A stretch of DNA of 64,000 bases from an uncultured Chitinophagales bacterium (GTDB lineage Bacteria > Bacteroidota > Bacteroidia > Chitinophagales > JABDMM01): contig CAXDOZ010000001.1 of NCBI GenBank assembly GCA_963991145.1, positions 6,617 to 70,616 of the forward strand, written 5' to 3'. A program made the position numbers and the translations under genes. Positions 8,801 to 16,334 of the stretch are shown one piece after another. The notes under the pieces were generated by a model that saw only the letters and a list, made by a program, of their open reading frames with translations, did no database searches and was not told the origin of the DNA. How positions within the stretch are numbered: the stretch's first letter is position 1; each line of letters opens with the position of its first letter.

Positions 8801-11499
8801 GGCCTTCCAGCCAATTTTGGTTCAGAAGAAATTAGAATTGGCCTTCGCGAAGAGTTGCTTTGAGAGGCATCATTCATAAATATCCCTGCGTCAAGCCAGG
8901 TATTTATCTGACCATTACTGGTATCGATGATTAGAGAATCATTTGCTGATAAATAAACACAAACAGCACTGTCATTTTTCGGGTCAAAAAATAAAACCTC
9001 AACTGTCTCAGAAGAGATCGAGTCTAAGCAGGAATTAAAAGACCAAACTCTAATGAACAATGAGCTGATCCCTGCTGGGAAAGTAAAGTTTCCAGACAGG
9101 TCTCTACTGTAAGATGAGTTTTGGACAGTATTGGCAAATTGACTATCAAGTGCGATCTCCAATCGATAGTATTCGGCATTTAATACACTGTTCCATCCAA
9201 TAAAGAATGAAGCATTAGAAGATACCTGTCCATCAACCGGGGAATAAACTTCTGTAGAGAGCGGTAAATCTGGAGAAGCTTCAACATCTATCTGAAAACT
9301 GCTATCTATTGAACAGAATTCAGAGCTTGTTACAGTAAGACTTGCATTAAAGATTCCTGCAGTTGGGTAATTATAAATAGGATTTTGAATGAGGCTGCTA
9401 TCACCATTTCCAAACCTCCAAATCCATGAATTAATGCTACCAGTGCCACTAATAGAGCTCATGTCTATGAAAGAAACTGGAAGGAAACTGCAAACAACAT
9501 TTCCAGGATCGATTTGAAGTCCAACTTCAGGAACTGGGTTAACAAGGACAGTATCTGTAGTTTCTCCCACGCATCCTGAATCAGAGCTTACAAGGAGATT
9601 GACAATTTGAATCCCCGAATTTTGGAATACATGACCTGGATTTTGTTGGATGCTTTGGTTTCCATCCCCAAAATCCCATTGCCATGAGATGACAGTGCTG
9701 GGAGGTATAGTTGAACTCTGGTCAATGAAGAATGTCGTATCTCCAAGGCAAACAGTATCTGCAACAAAGCTCACCACAGGTGCCTGACCTGAGATTGTAA
9801 CATTGATTGTGTCTCTGGCTTCGCATCCTGCATTGTTTACCCCACGAAGCCAATATGGTCCGCTTGTGTCAACCTGAATTGTACTATTGCTAGAACCAGT
9901 ACTCCATAAGTAGGAAACAGTAAGACTATCTCCAATAAAAAGTCCTATGGAGTTCATAGCGCATAATGAAGTATCGTTTCCTAGTGAAAAGTTTACACTG
10001 TAGAGGTCAAAATCAATATATATAGTGTCGGAGTAGCGAGAGCATCCAATTGAGTCGGTAACTACTACGAAGTACATACCTGTATCAGCAATCAAAATAG
10101 AAGGACTTGTATCTCCTGTCGACCATTGGAAGCTGAAGCTACTATCAGAAATATTTATTGCTGTCCATTCAATGGTATCACCTTCACAGATGGTTGAATC
10201 CGAAAAGTTGTTTACTTCCGTGGGGAATGAAAGGGTGATGGTATCAAATTGGACCAGGCCAAGATGACTTTCCGCTTGAACATAGTATGTTCCTGAGCTT
10301 GAAACATTAATACTATCGATTGTAGACCCCGTACTCCAGCTTATAGATTTAAAATCCCCATCCACCTTAAGGGTTTGATCACAGAATCCATATTGCTCGC
10401 GACTTTTACCTAGTTCGAGCACTGGGCTATATTTTGATTGGAGGTAAACCTGAACTCTCTCCTGATCAAAGGAGATTAGTGATGTATCATATACAATCAC
10501 CTCGGCAATTTCCCCGAAGAGATACTGGTTTGAATTGCTAAGACCCGACCAACCAATTCTTATTGAATCGCTCAGTCCTTCAGGAGAAACATTATTTGCA
10601 CTTCCCTGTACATTGCCATCTCTGGAGAAAATCAGATTGGAATCTGACTGGATCCTAAGTTCAAACATATCCGCACTCGAGGTGTCATTTGCTTGTAGTG
10701 AAAACAGAAAAGTTGAGCCAGCTGGATACGAAAACTGCCAATCACCGGAAACATGATTCCTTATCAAATAGCCTCCTTGAGCTGGGACTCCATTTTGAAA
10801 TTGACCTATTACAGGTCCAAAATTTGTATTGTTAGCTGATCTGCAAATCACAAAATAGTGCGCAGCAGTAAAGGAATCGGAATCAAGTCCTAACTCCAAA
10901 TACTCGCCCCCTTGAAACTCAATGGATGGTTTGCCATTGAATCTAGAGGATGAAGGAACTATAATGGGTTCAAAACTTACACCGCCAGCCTGAGCATGAC
11001 GCCCGTTAGATGAGCGGTCTAACCAATTTGAAACCTGACCTGGTGTGTTTTCAATGATACCGGTATCGGCGGAGTACCAGGCTCTTGGGGCTACTCCGTT
11101 CCTTGGGGTAAAGATTGAAAATTTGCAGGTCTTGCTCCAGGGGCTGAAAACTCCAGCCGAATCTCCCCGGACTCTCCAGAAATAGCTATCTCCCATGAAA
11201 GGAAGGACCAGGTTGGTATCCATAGAGTTAAGGGAAATACTGATAATCGGACTACTAAATGATTGAGCAGTATCTATTTCAAGCTCATATGAATCGAATG
11301 TTTTTAAAGTGCCCCAGGAGAACTCAATACTGTCTGACTCAAAGGATTGCTGATTGTTTGGGGATGCCGGAATTGGGAGATTGCTCTGAGCTTGAATGGC
11401 AAAGCATTGAAACAGCATGGACAACCCAATGAGAAGTGCAGATTTTAGCTTATATATCTCTATGTAGCAAATAGCTTTTGAGGTTGGGATTGGTATCAA
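5842..11499 (-). CDS. Giant secreted multidomain surface protein and T9SS cargo. Architecture: signal peptide; 2x [FN3-like + LamG/concanavalin-like + 3 Ig-like 'W(S/N)TGDT' units + PKD]; extended PKD array; CARDB-like domain; T9SS C-terminal sorting domain
   Basis: 1885-aa ORF with TTG start at 11499. Signal peptide 'KLKSALLIGLSMLFQCFAIQAQ'. PKD signatures 'WQWDFGDGN', 'WIWRFGNGD', 'WQWDFDGLD', 'WNWVMGDGS', 'YNWDFGDGS'. LamG-type stretches 'VSNWLDRSSNGRHAQ..FNGKPSIEFQGG' and 'INTWLDAG..LAGRPVVKFDGS'. The last ~85 aa ('VIGPYPSPTSTTVNMELV...GNYYFEIKTDSKPIKKTFTIR') look like a Por_Secre_tail CTD. Confidence 0.9.
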   Translation of the reverse strand: MIPIPTSKAICYIEIYKLKSALLIGLSMLFQCFAIQAQSNLPIPASPNNQQSFESDSIEFSWGTLKTFDSYELEIDTAQSFSSPIISISLNSMDTNLVLPFMGDSYFWRVRGDSAGVFSPWSKTCKFSIFTPRNGVAPRAWYSADTGIIENTPGQVSNWLDRSSNGRHAQAGGVSFEPIIVPSSSRFNGKPSIEFQGGEYLELGLDSDSFTAAHYFVICRSANNTNFGPVIGQFQNGVPAQGGYLIRNHVSGDWQFSYPAGSTFLFSLQANDTSSADMFELRIQSDSNLIFSRDGNVQGSANNVSPEGLSDSIRIGWSGLSNSNQYLFGEIAEVIVYDTSLISFDQERVQVYLQSKYSPVLELGKSREQYGFCDQTLKVDGDFKSISWSTGSTIDSINVSSSGTYYVQAESHLGLVQFDTITLSFPTEVNNFSDSTICEGDTIEWTAINISDSSFSFQWSTGDTSPSILIADTGMYFVVVTDSIGCSRYSDTIYIDFDLYSVNFSLGNDTSLCAMNSIGLFIGDSLTVSYLWSTGSSNSTIQVDTSGPYWLRGVNNAGCEARDTINVTISGQAPVVSFVADTVCLGDTTFFIDQSSTIPPSTVISWQWDFGDGNQSIQQNPGHVFQNSGIQIVNLLVSSDSGCVGETTDTVLVNPVPEVGLQIDPGNVVCSFLPVSFIDMSSISGTGSINSWIWRFGNGDSSLIQNPIYNYPTAGIFNASLTVTSSEFCSIDSSFQIDVEASPDLPLSTEVYSPVDGQVSSNASFFIGWNSVLNAEYYRLEIALDSQFANTVQNSSYSRDLSGNFTFPAGISSLFIRVWSFNSCLDSISSETVEVLFFDPKNDSAVCVYLSANDSLIIDTSNGQINTWLDAGIFMNDASQSNSSRRPILISSEPKLAGRPVVKFDGSSQFFNLPFNGSASDPIAVYSSVIPDQNSLNGSLFGVFNNGSSSGGGLLLRTLSTGIWQFRDATTGSSVNSISGIDSTKVSLVNGIVDSQGNIELVINEVSQGIDSPATAMSATSNFRIGWSTVNNTNQYFNGSLYNLLILKGHIDPEKREILSKWQYQQLSPILSLGKDLNLDNLCDSVLAAADGFVSYLWSTGDTSQSITIQANGKYWVSVIDVFGLIKSDTVLVRGDLLPETTDTSICLGDSIRIFAGATGPYSFLWNIGDTSSSITTSIDGDYYVQIKNQQGCRRVLDTTRLRIDSFAISVDIGPDTTLCSGDRIFIVSDTSEVQSTLWNTGDTGLSAEVSVTGVYFLQATSINGCLGIDSSFVRVKGNKPNASFTFDTACLGTSSSFNDQSSAGPGENIITWQWDFDGLDSSSIQNPSFIFPNAGSYQVSLVVITDSGCSDNFIGFVPVNQSPTALFQSSVICANVESEFINLSSVQAPDTISQNFWYRNGLLVGTNSNLNYSFSGTGFDTIELVTISDKACPDTFAQRIEIFPSLIPEFSFENTCIGATTNFFDETNSLSIVSWNWVMGDGSVYNTQNPSNSFPSIGDFEVTLTVTNAIGCVNSITDTVGITAPPAAVFNLDTACLDNYLILENQSLSPQDPIISQVWAYNGINFSTKPIDSIFLSDTGSQSISLSISTEGGCFDSASQRFNVYPNPVSGFTFSPQFGNAPIQIQFTNESSGGDQYNWDFGDGSSGSNDENPTHTYQSNGSFEIELQTISDQGCLSMSNQSITLEVPDIDLALDDLTYSERIVGADLSALSPSVRLLNLATTPIVSADLVVRYGENTRIVESWSGFLDVGQQMMYQLNSEVLVNTNANSEALCIEAINVNGGGENTLDNNSICIATDDVVQVIGPYPSPTSTTVNMELVVSSSQQVDIRIYSSYGELVYQNKGVILEEGQNSLSLSVLPYASGNYYFEIKTDSKPIKKTFTIR
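7414..11379 (-). repeat. Intragenic tandem duplication of a ~620-700-aa super-module (FN3-like / LamG / 3 Ig-like units / PKD) inside the giant gene
   Basis: By my residue count, aa 41-742 (nt 9274-11379) and aa 743-1362 (nt 7414-9273) have the same domain order. Paired motifs include 'FSWGTL..YELEIDTAQSF' / 'IGWNSV..YRLEIALDSQF', 'IRIGWSGLSNSNQYLFGEIAEVIVY' / 'FRIGWSTVNNTNQYFNGSLYNLLIL', and 'SISWSTGSTIDSINV' / 'SYLWSTGDTSQSITI'. The copies are diverged and similarity is at protein level only. Confidence 0.7.
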
Positions 11500-11526
11500 A
11501 ATTCTCCTTTCTTTGCATCAATAGTA

Positions 11527-12381
11527 ATGGAAGCAGAAAAGATACAATCCTGGGATCGTGAAATCAAATCTACAAAGGGATTACTAGATATAAACCTGGG
11601 TGAAATTTGGAGGTATAGAGACCTTCTTTGGCTGTTTGTACGAAGAGACTTTGTCGCAATGTACAAGCAGACGATTCTGGGTCCGATCTGGTTTTTTATA
11701 CAACCGCTTTTAACCACCATTACATTCACAATAATATTCGGTCGTTTAGCTAAGATAAGCACTGACAGTATTCCGCCCTTAGCTTTCTATTTGGCAGGGG
11801 TCACTCTTTGGAACTACTTTGCCGATTGTATTGTAAAGACCTCAAACACATTTACTATAAATGCCAACATCTTCGGAAAGGTCTATTTCCCAAGAATGAT
11901 TGTCCCTTTATCAGTAGTGGTCTCCAATTTGTTAAAGCTAGGAGTCCAGCTAATTCTCTTTATCGCTGTATGGGGATATTATTACTCACAGGGAAGCATT
12001 AGCCCTACCTGGGCCCTTGTAATGCTTCCTTTTTTGATTTTGATTATGGCAGGACTGGGGCTGGGCTCGGGTATCCTGATTAGTTCGCTTACTACTAAGT
12101 ATAGGGATCTTCAGTTTTTGGTGCAATTTGGGGTTCAGCTTCTAATGTATGGATCACCAGTAGTTTTCCCTTATTCTGTTGCGAAAGGAACAAAGTTTGA
12201 AATTCTATTGCAGATCAATCCTGTGACTGGGGTGATTGAAGCATTTAGATATGCTACTCTGGGAACAGGAGAGCTAAGCATGTCATTATTGGCTTACAGT
12301 GTTGTGTTCATGATTATCCTACTCTTTGCAGGTGTTGTTTCCTTCAATAAAGTAGAGAAGAATTTCATGGATACTGTTTAA
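11527..12381 (+). CDS. wzm: ABC-2 type polysaccharide/O-antigen export permease (Wzm)
   Basis: 284 aa with 6 predicted TM segments. The N-terminal signature is 'EIWRYRDLLWLFVRRDFVAMYKQTILGPIWFFIQP'. The ATPase gene follows directly. Confidence 0.9.
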   Translation: MEAEKIQSWDREIKSTKGLLDINLGEIWRYRDLLWLFVRRDFVAMYKQTILGPIWFFIQPLLTTITFTIIFGRLAKISTDSIPPLAFYLAGVTLWNYFADCIVKTSNTFTINANIFGKVYFPRMIVPLSVVVSNLLKLGVQLILFIAVWGYYYSQGSISPTWALVMLPFLILIMAGLGLGSGILISSLTTKYRDLQFLVQFGVQLLMYGSPVVFPYSVAKGTKFEILLQINPVTGVIEAFRYATLGTGELSMSLLAYSVVFMIILLFAGVVSFNKVEKNFMDTV

Positions 12382-12397
12382 ATCGATCAAGCTTAAG

Positions 12398-13702
12398 ATG
12401 TCAGAAATTGCTTTAGATATAAAAAACCTGTCCAAACAGTATCGACTTGGATTAGTAGGCGTCAGAACTCTGAGTGATGACCTAAAGCGATTCTACTATA
12501 AGATCAGAGGAAAGGAAGATCCTTTCCGATTAGTTGGAGATGAAAATGATAGAACTTCAGTTGGGGGAGATTATGTTTGGGCCTTGCGCGACATAAATCT
12601 CAGTATTTCAAAAGGAGAAGTTGTTGGAATTATTGGAAGGAATGGTGCAGGGAAATCCACTCTTCTGAAGATCTTATCCCAGGTTACAGGACCTACCGAG
12701 GGCTCGATCAAGGTAAAAGGAAGAATATCGTCTCTTTTAGAAGTTGGTACGGGCTTTCATCCTGAACTTACCGGTAAGGAGAATGTCTATCTGAATGGAG
12801 CAATCCTTGGGATGGATAGAAAAGAGATTGCTGCGAAGTTTGATGCAATAGTTGATTTTGCAGGGATCAGGAAGTATATCGATACGCCAACTAAGCGATA
12901 TTCAAGCGGAATGAAAGTTAGACTTGGATTTGCTGTGGCTGCATTTCTCGAGCCAGACATCATGATCGTAGATGAGGTACTCGCTGTAGGTGATGCGGAG
13001 TTTCAAAGAAAAGCAATTGCGAAAATGAGAGAGATCAGCAAGCAAAAGGATCGCACTGTTCTTTTTGTAAGCCACAATATGAACTCGATCAGGAATCTTT
13101 GCAGCAGAGGAGTCCTGTTAGAAATGGGGCAGGTGAAACTTGATGGAGATGTAGATACAATTGTATCTCACTACTTATCTGCAAACTCCACTTCAGAGGA
13201 TAGATCTCAGATTCAACGAACTGGAATAGGTCAGATCAAGATCACAGGAATGAAAATTCTTGATGATCAGGAAAGAGAGATTGATCAATTAATCTCAGGG
13301 GATAAGATTTCTCTTCAATTTGCTTTTGAGAATAATGACCCAACTATCAATTCATCTGAGTTCATCTTTAGTCTGCAGATACGAGATGAGTTTGGTAGTC
13401 CAATCGCCTCCTATATTTCAGATGAGATGAAGATTTCATTCCAGGGCGAAAAGATCCCTCCTACCGGTATAATTGTAGTTGATATACCTAGTTTGATGCT
13501 AAGAGGTGGTAAGTATATCGTAAAAACCAGGATAAATCTCAAAGAAACCGGTTTCAAGCATATGCAGGATGAGATTAATAATCTTGGAGATCTAATTGTT
13601 TTACCTGGAGATCATTGGGATGTAGGCAAGGATAATCGAACTGGGCACCAGGCTCTGTTAGAAGGATCCATCTCAATCAAGGAGAATGCGGACTCTAATT
13701 GA
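12398..13702 (+). CDS. wzt: ABC polysaccharide export ATP-binding protein (Wzt) with a ~180-aa C-terminal extension (Wzt_C-like glycan-cap-binding domain)
   Basis: 434 aa with Walker A 'GRNGAGKST', ABC signature 'YSSGMKVRLGFA' and Walker B 'IMIVDEVLAVGD'. Residues ~255-434 (nt ~13160-13699) extend beyond the NBD, as in the Wzt proteins of ABC-dependent O-antigen systems. Confidence 0.9.
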   Translation: MSEIALDIKNLSKQYRLGLVGVRTLSDDLKRFYYKIRGKEDPFRLVGDENDRTSVGGDYVWALRDINLSISKGEVVGIIGRNGAGKSTLLKILSQVTGPTEGSIKVKGRISSLLEVGTGFHPELTGKENVYLNGAILGMDRKEIAAKFDAIVDFAGIRKYIDTPTKRYSSGMKVRLGFAVAAFLEPDIMIVDEVLAVGDAEFQRKAIAKMREISKQKDRTVLFVSHNMNSIRNLCSRGVLLEMGQVKLDGDVDTIVSHYLSANSTSEDRSQIQRTGIGQIKITGMKILDDQEREIDQLISGDKISLQFAFENNDPTINSSEFIFSLQIRDEFGSPIASYISDEMKISFQGEKIPPTGIIVVDIPSLMLRGGKYIVKTRINLKETGFKHMQDEINNLGDLIVLPGDHWDVGKDNRTGHQALLEGSISIKENADSN

Positions 13703-14498
13703 TAAATATCTGGTAGATCAAAAGAGGTCAATTCTTGAGGGGGTAAGATATACAGCCATTGTCTCCACAGGTCGCACGGGCACAAAGTTCCTGGGGAATT
13801 CATTCTCCCATATACCTTATGTTCTCAGCATTCACGAGCCTAAACCAGTTCTGAATGATGTTGGTAGAGATCTTACTGTGGGTAAATTAAATTCGGTTCA
13901 GGTCCAAAAGAGATTCTTAAATGGCCGACAACAAATTATAAAGGAAGCAAAAGGAAATAAGGTCAATCATATAATTGAATCGAATGGAGGCCTTACCTTT
14001 TTATTGGATGAACTGAATTCAATTATTCCTGACTTTAAGGTCATTCATATAATTAGAGATCCATTTGACATGATCTCATCTGGGGTTTCACGCATGGATA
14101 ATCAAAACGAGCAGCGATACTCAAAGGACTCCAATTGGTTATTCAAGACTCGGGATTATCCCAATGACCCTAATTTTCGCAACTGGAACTCTTTAGATAT
14201 CTATGAGCGCTTTGCATGGATATGGCAGTTTAAAAACCAGCACTTATCTGAATGGTGTGAGTCAAACGAGAATGGTATTTCAGTAAAGTTTGAAGAGATA
14301 TTTCATTCGGGATCTGCATGGTCACAGATTTTAAGTTTTCTAGACCTTGAATATTTCGATTTGTCGAATGAAAAGAAGTTTAAGAACTCAAATGAAGTTC
14401 AATTTGCTGATGATAGATCAACCTGGCCTTCTGCAAGGAAAGAGAAAGTTAGGGCCCTGATAGAGAGTCTCGCCAGGAAATTTGACTACAAGATCTGA
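13686..14498 (+). CDS. PAPS-dependent sulfotransferase (1 of 4; tandem paralogue A)
   Basis: 270 aa with a 5'-PSB-like P-loop 'IVSTGRTGTKFLGNSF', a 3'-PB-like 'VIHIIRDPFDMISS' and 'VKFEEIF'. The ATG overlaps the wzt 3' end by 17 nt. Confidence 0.8.
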   Translation: MRTLIDKYLVDQKRSILEGVRYTAIVSTGRTGTKFLGNSFSHIPYVLSIHEPKPVLNDVGRDLTVGKLNSVQVQKRFLNGRQQIIKEAKGNKVNHIIESNGGLTFLLDELNSIIPDFKVIHIIRDPFDMISSGVSRMDNQNEQRYSKDSNWLFKTRDYPNDPNFRNWNSLDIYERFAWIWQFKNQHLSEWCESNENGISVKFEEIFHSGSAWSQILSFLDLEYFDLSNEKKFKNSNEVQFADDRSTWPSARKEKVRALIESLARKFDYKI

Positions 14499-14499
14499 C

Positions 14500-15348
14500 A
14501 TGAAAGGACTGAAGTCAATTTTTAATTTGTTTAGTAATTCATCATCTGACTCATTTGATGATATTGACTATAAATGTATAGTTAGCTCGGGGAGAACCGG
14601 GACTCAGTTTTTTGGACAATTCTTTGATCATTTCTACGAGAACCTGATTTCTAGGCATGAACCTAGGCCTGACCTGTTCAACATTTTTATCGAGAAATAC
14701 AGGAATAAGGCTGGGACTGAAGAATTGGTGACCTTTCTCAGGAAGGATAGGCTTGCTTTAGTAAATGAGTGTAGGAAATCTCCTTCACAGGTTTTGATAG
14801 AAAGTAATCCTAATGCCAGTTTACTGATTCCGGAGCTTAAACTGACTTTCCCAAGTCATAAATTTTTGTGGATTGTTAGAGATCCAAAAACTTATTTGAA
14901 ATCAGCCTATTCTAAATCTCCTGATGGATCGGGGGAGATGATGTTTTATGGAGAGAATGATCATCGGGATAGGCTGAAACCATCAGATCTGACAGAGTCA
15001 GAAAACGTAGATTGGGATCGCTTTGACCGATTTCAAAAGATATGCTGGTATTGGAATGCGATTAATAAGATTCTATATTCCAACCTTAAGGATGATAACA
15101 ATTGCTTGATGCTTAGGTATGAGGACCTTTTTAGTAAAGAAGATAACTTGCATTACCTTTTGAAGGTTCTCGATTTTTTTGAACTAGATCATTCAGAAAT
15201 AGATCTGGACAGAGTTAATTCAAGAATGTTGGTGCCAAGCAATCAAACTAAATTCAGTATGATAAGATCATACGATGATTGGGATAAAAATAAAACAGAC
15301 TCATTTGAAGCCTTAACTTCTGAAATGAGAAGTATTTTAAACTATTAG
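14500..15348 (+). CDS. PAPS-dependent sulfotransferase (2 of 4; tandem paralogue B)
   Basis: Motifs 'IVSSGRTGTQFFGQFF', 'LWIVRDPKTYLKSAYS' and 'LRYEDLF'. It is colinear with the upstream paralogue ('HEPKP/HEPRP', 'IESNGG/IESNPN'). The ORF track starts at TTG 14482. I prefer ATG 14500, which lies 1 nt after the upstream stop. Confidence 0.8.
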   Translation: MKGLKSIFNLFSNSSSDSFDDIDYKCIVSSGRTGTQFFGQFFDHFYENLISRHEPRPDLFNIFIEKYRNKAGTEELVTFLRKDRLALVNECRKSPSQVLIESNPNASLLIPELKLTFPSHKFLWIVRDPKTYLKSAYSKSPDGSGEMMFYGENDHRDRLKPSDLTESENVDWDRFDRFQKICWYWNAINKILYSNLKDDNNCLMLRYEDLFSKEDNLHYLLKVLDFFELDHSEIDLDRVNSRMLVPSNQTKFSMIRSYDDWDKNKTDSFEALTSEMRSILNY

Positions 15349-15350
15349 AA

Positions 15351-16334
15351 ATGAAAGTTCTTGTTACCGGAGCAGATGGGTTTATTGGAAGCCATTTAGT
15401 TGAAGAATTATTAGATGCTGGATATGAGGTAAAAGCATTCGCATATTATAATTCATTTAATAGCTGGGGTTGGTTAGACACACTTCCGAAAGAGAAGTTG
15501 GACCAAATAGAAATTTTTACTGGAGATATAAGAGACCCAAATGGGGTTAAGACTGCAATGCAAGGAGTTGATCAGGTCTTCCACTTAGCTGCCCTGATTG
15601 CCATTCCATTCAGTTATCACAGTCCTGACAGTTATGTTGATACGAATGTGAAAGGGACACTCAATGTTCTTCAGGCAGGAAGAGATTTAGGACTTGATAG
15701 AATTTTGGTTACTTCTACATCTGAAGTTTATGGAACAGCACAGTTTGTTCCAATTACCGAAGAACACCCAAAACAGGGTCAATCGCCATATTCAGCAACT
15801 AAGATCGGAGCTGATGTATTGGCCGATTCCTTTTTCAGAAGTTTTGACCTGCCAATAACAATTGTTAGGCCCTTTAATACCTACGGTCCCCGACAATCTG
15901 CAAGAGCAGTTATCCCAACAATCATTTCACAACTCCTAAATGAAATGGATGAGATCAAGTTAGGAGACTTGACGCCTACTCGTGACCTTCTTTATGTAAA
16001 AGATACTGCGAGAGGTTTTATTGAGATCTCTAAATCAAATTCTTTGATCGGACAGGAGTGTAATATTGCTACAAACTCTGAGATCAGTATTGGAGATCTT
16101 GCACAGAATCTAATCGATCAAATCCGGCCTCAGGCGAAAATTATTCAAGACGAACAAAGGCTCAGGCCAGGTAAAAGTGAGGTTTTTAGGCTTTTTGGAA
16201 GTAATGCCAGGATCCTGGAGAATACTGATTGGAAGCCTGAATATGATTTGACAAAAGGATTAGCTGAAACAATAGAATGGTTCTCAAATTCAGAGAACTT
16301 GAAAGCCTACAAAGCTCATATCTACAATGTCTAA
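15351..16334 (+). CDS. NAD-dependent sugar-nucleotide 4,6-dehydratase/epimerase (SDR), LegB-like
   Basis: 327 aa with Rossmann motif 'VLVTGADGFIGSHL' and catalytic 'SPYSATKIGAD' (YxxxK). It resembles the dehydratase that pairs with a DegT aminotransferase in legionaminic-acid-type cassettes. Confidence 0.75.
   Translation: MKVLVTGADGFIGSHLVEELLDAGYEVKAFAYYNSFNSWGWLDTLPKEKLDQIEIFTGDIRDPNGVKTAMQGVDQVFHLAALIAIPFSYHSPDSYVDTNVKGTLNVLQAGRDLGLDRILVTSTSEVYGTAQFVPITEEHPKQGQSPYSATKIGADVLADSFFRSFDLPITIVRPFNTYGPRQSARAVIPTIISQLLNEMDEIKLGDLTPTRDLLYVKDTARGFIEISKSNSLIGQECNIATNSEISIGDLAQNLIDQIRPQAKIIQDEQRLRPGKSEVFRLFGSNARILENTDWKPEYDLTKGLAETIEWFSNSENLKAYKAHIYNV

Noticed and set aside
11496-11762. 88-aa minus-strand ORF spanning the wzm start region, which would extend the giant gene's upstream region.
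   Set aside because: It overlaps the conserved N-terminus of Wzm on the other strand. It is in a different frame from the giant ORF and has no signal peptide or recognisable motif.
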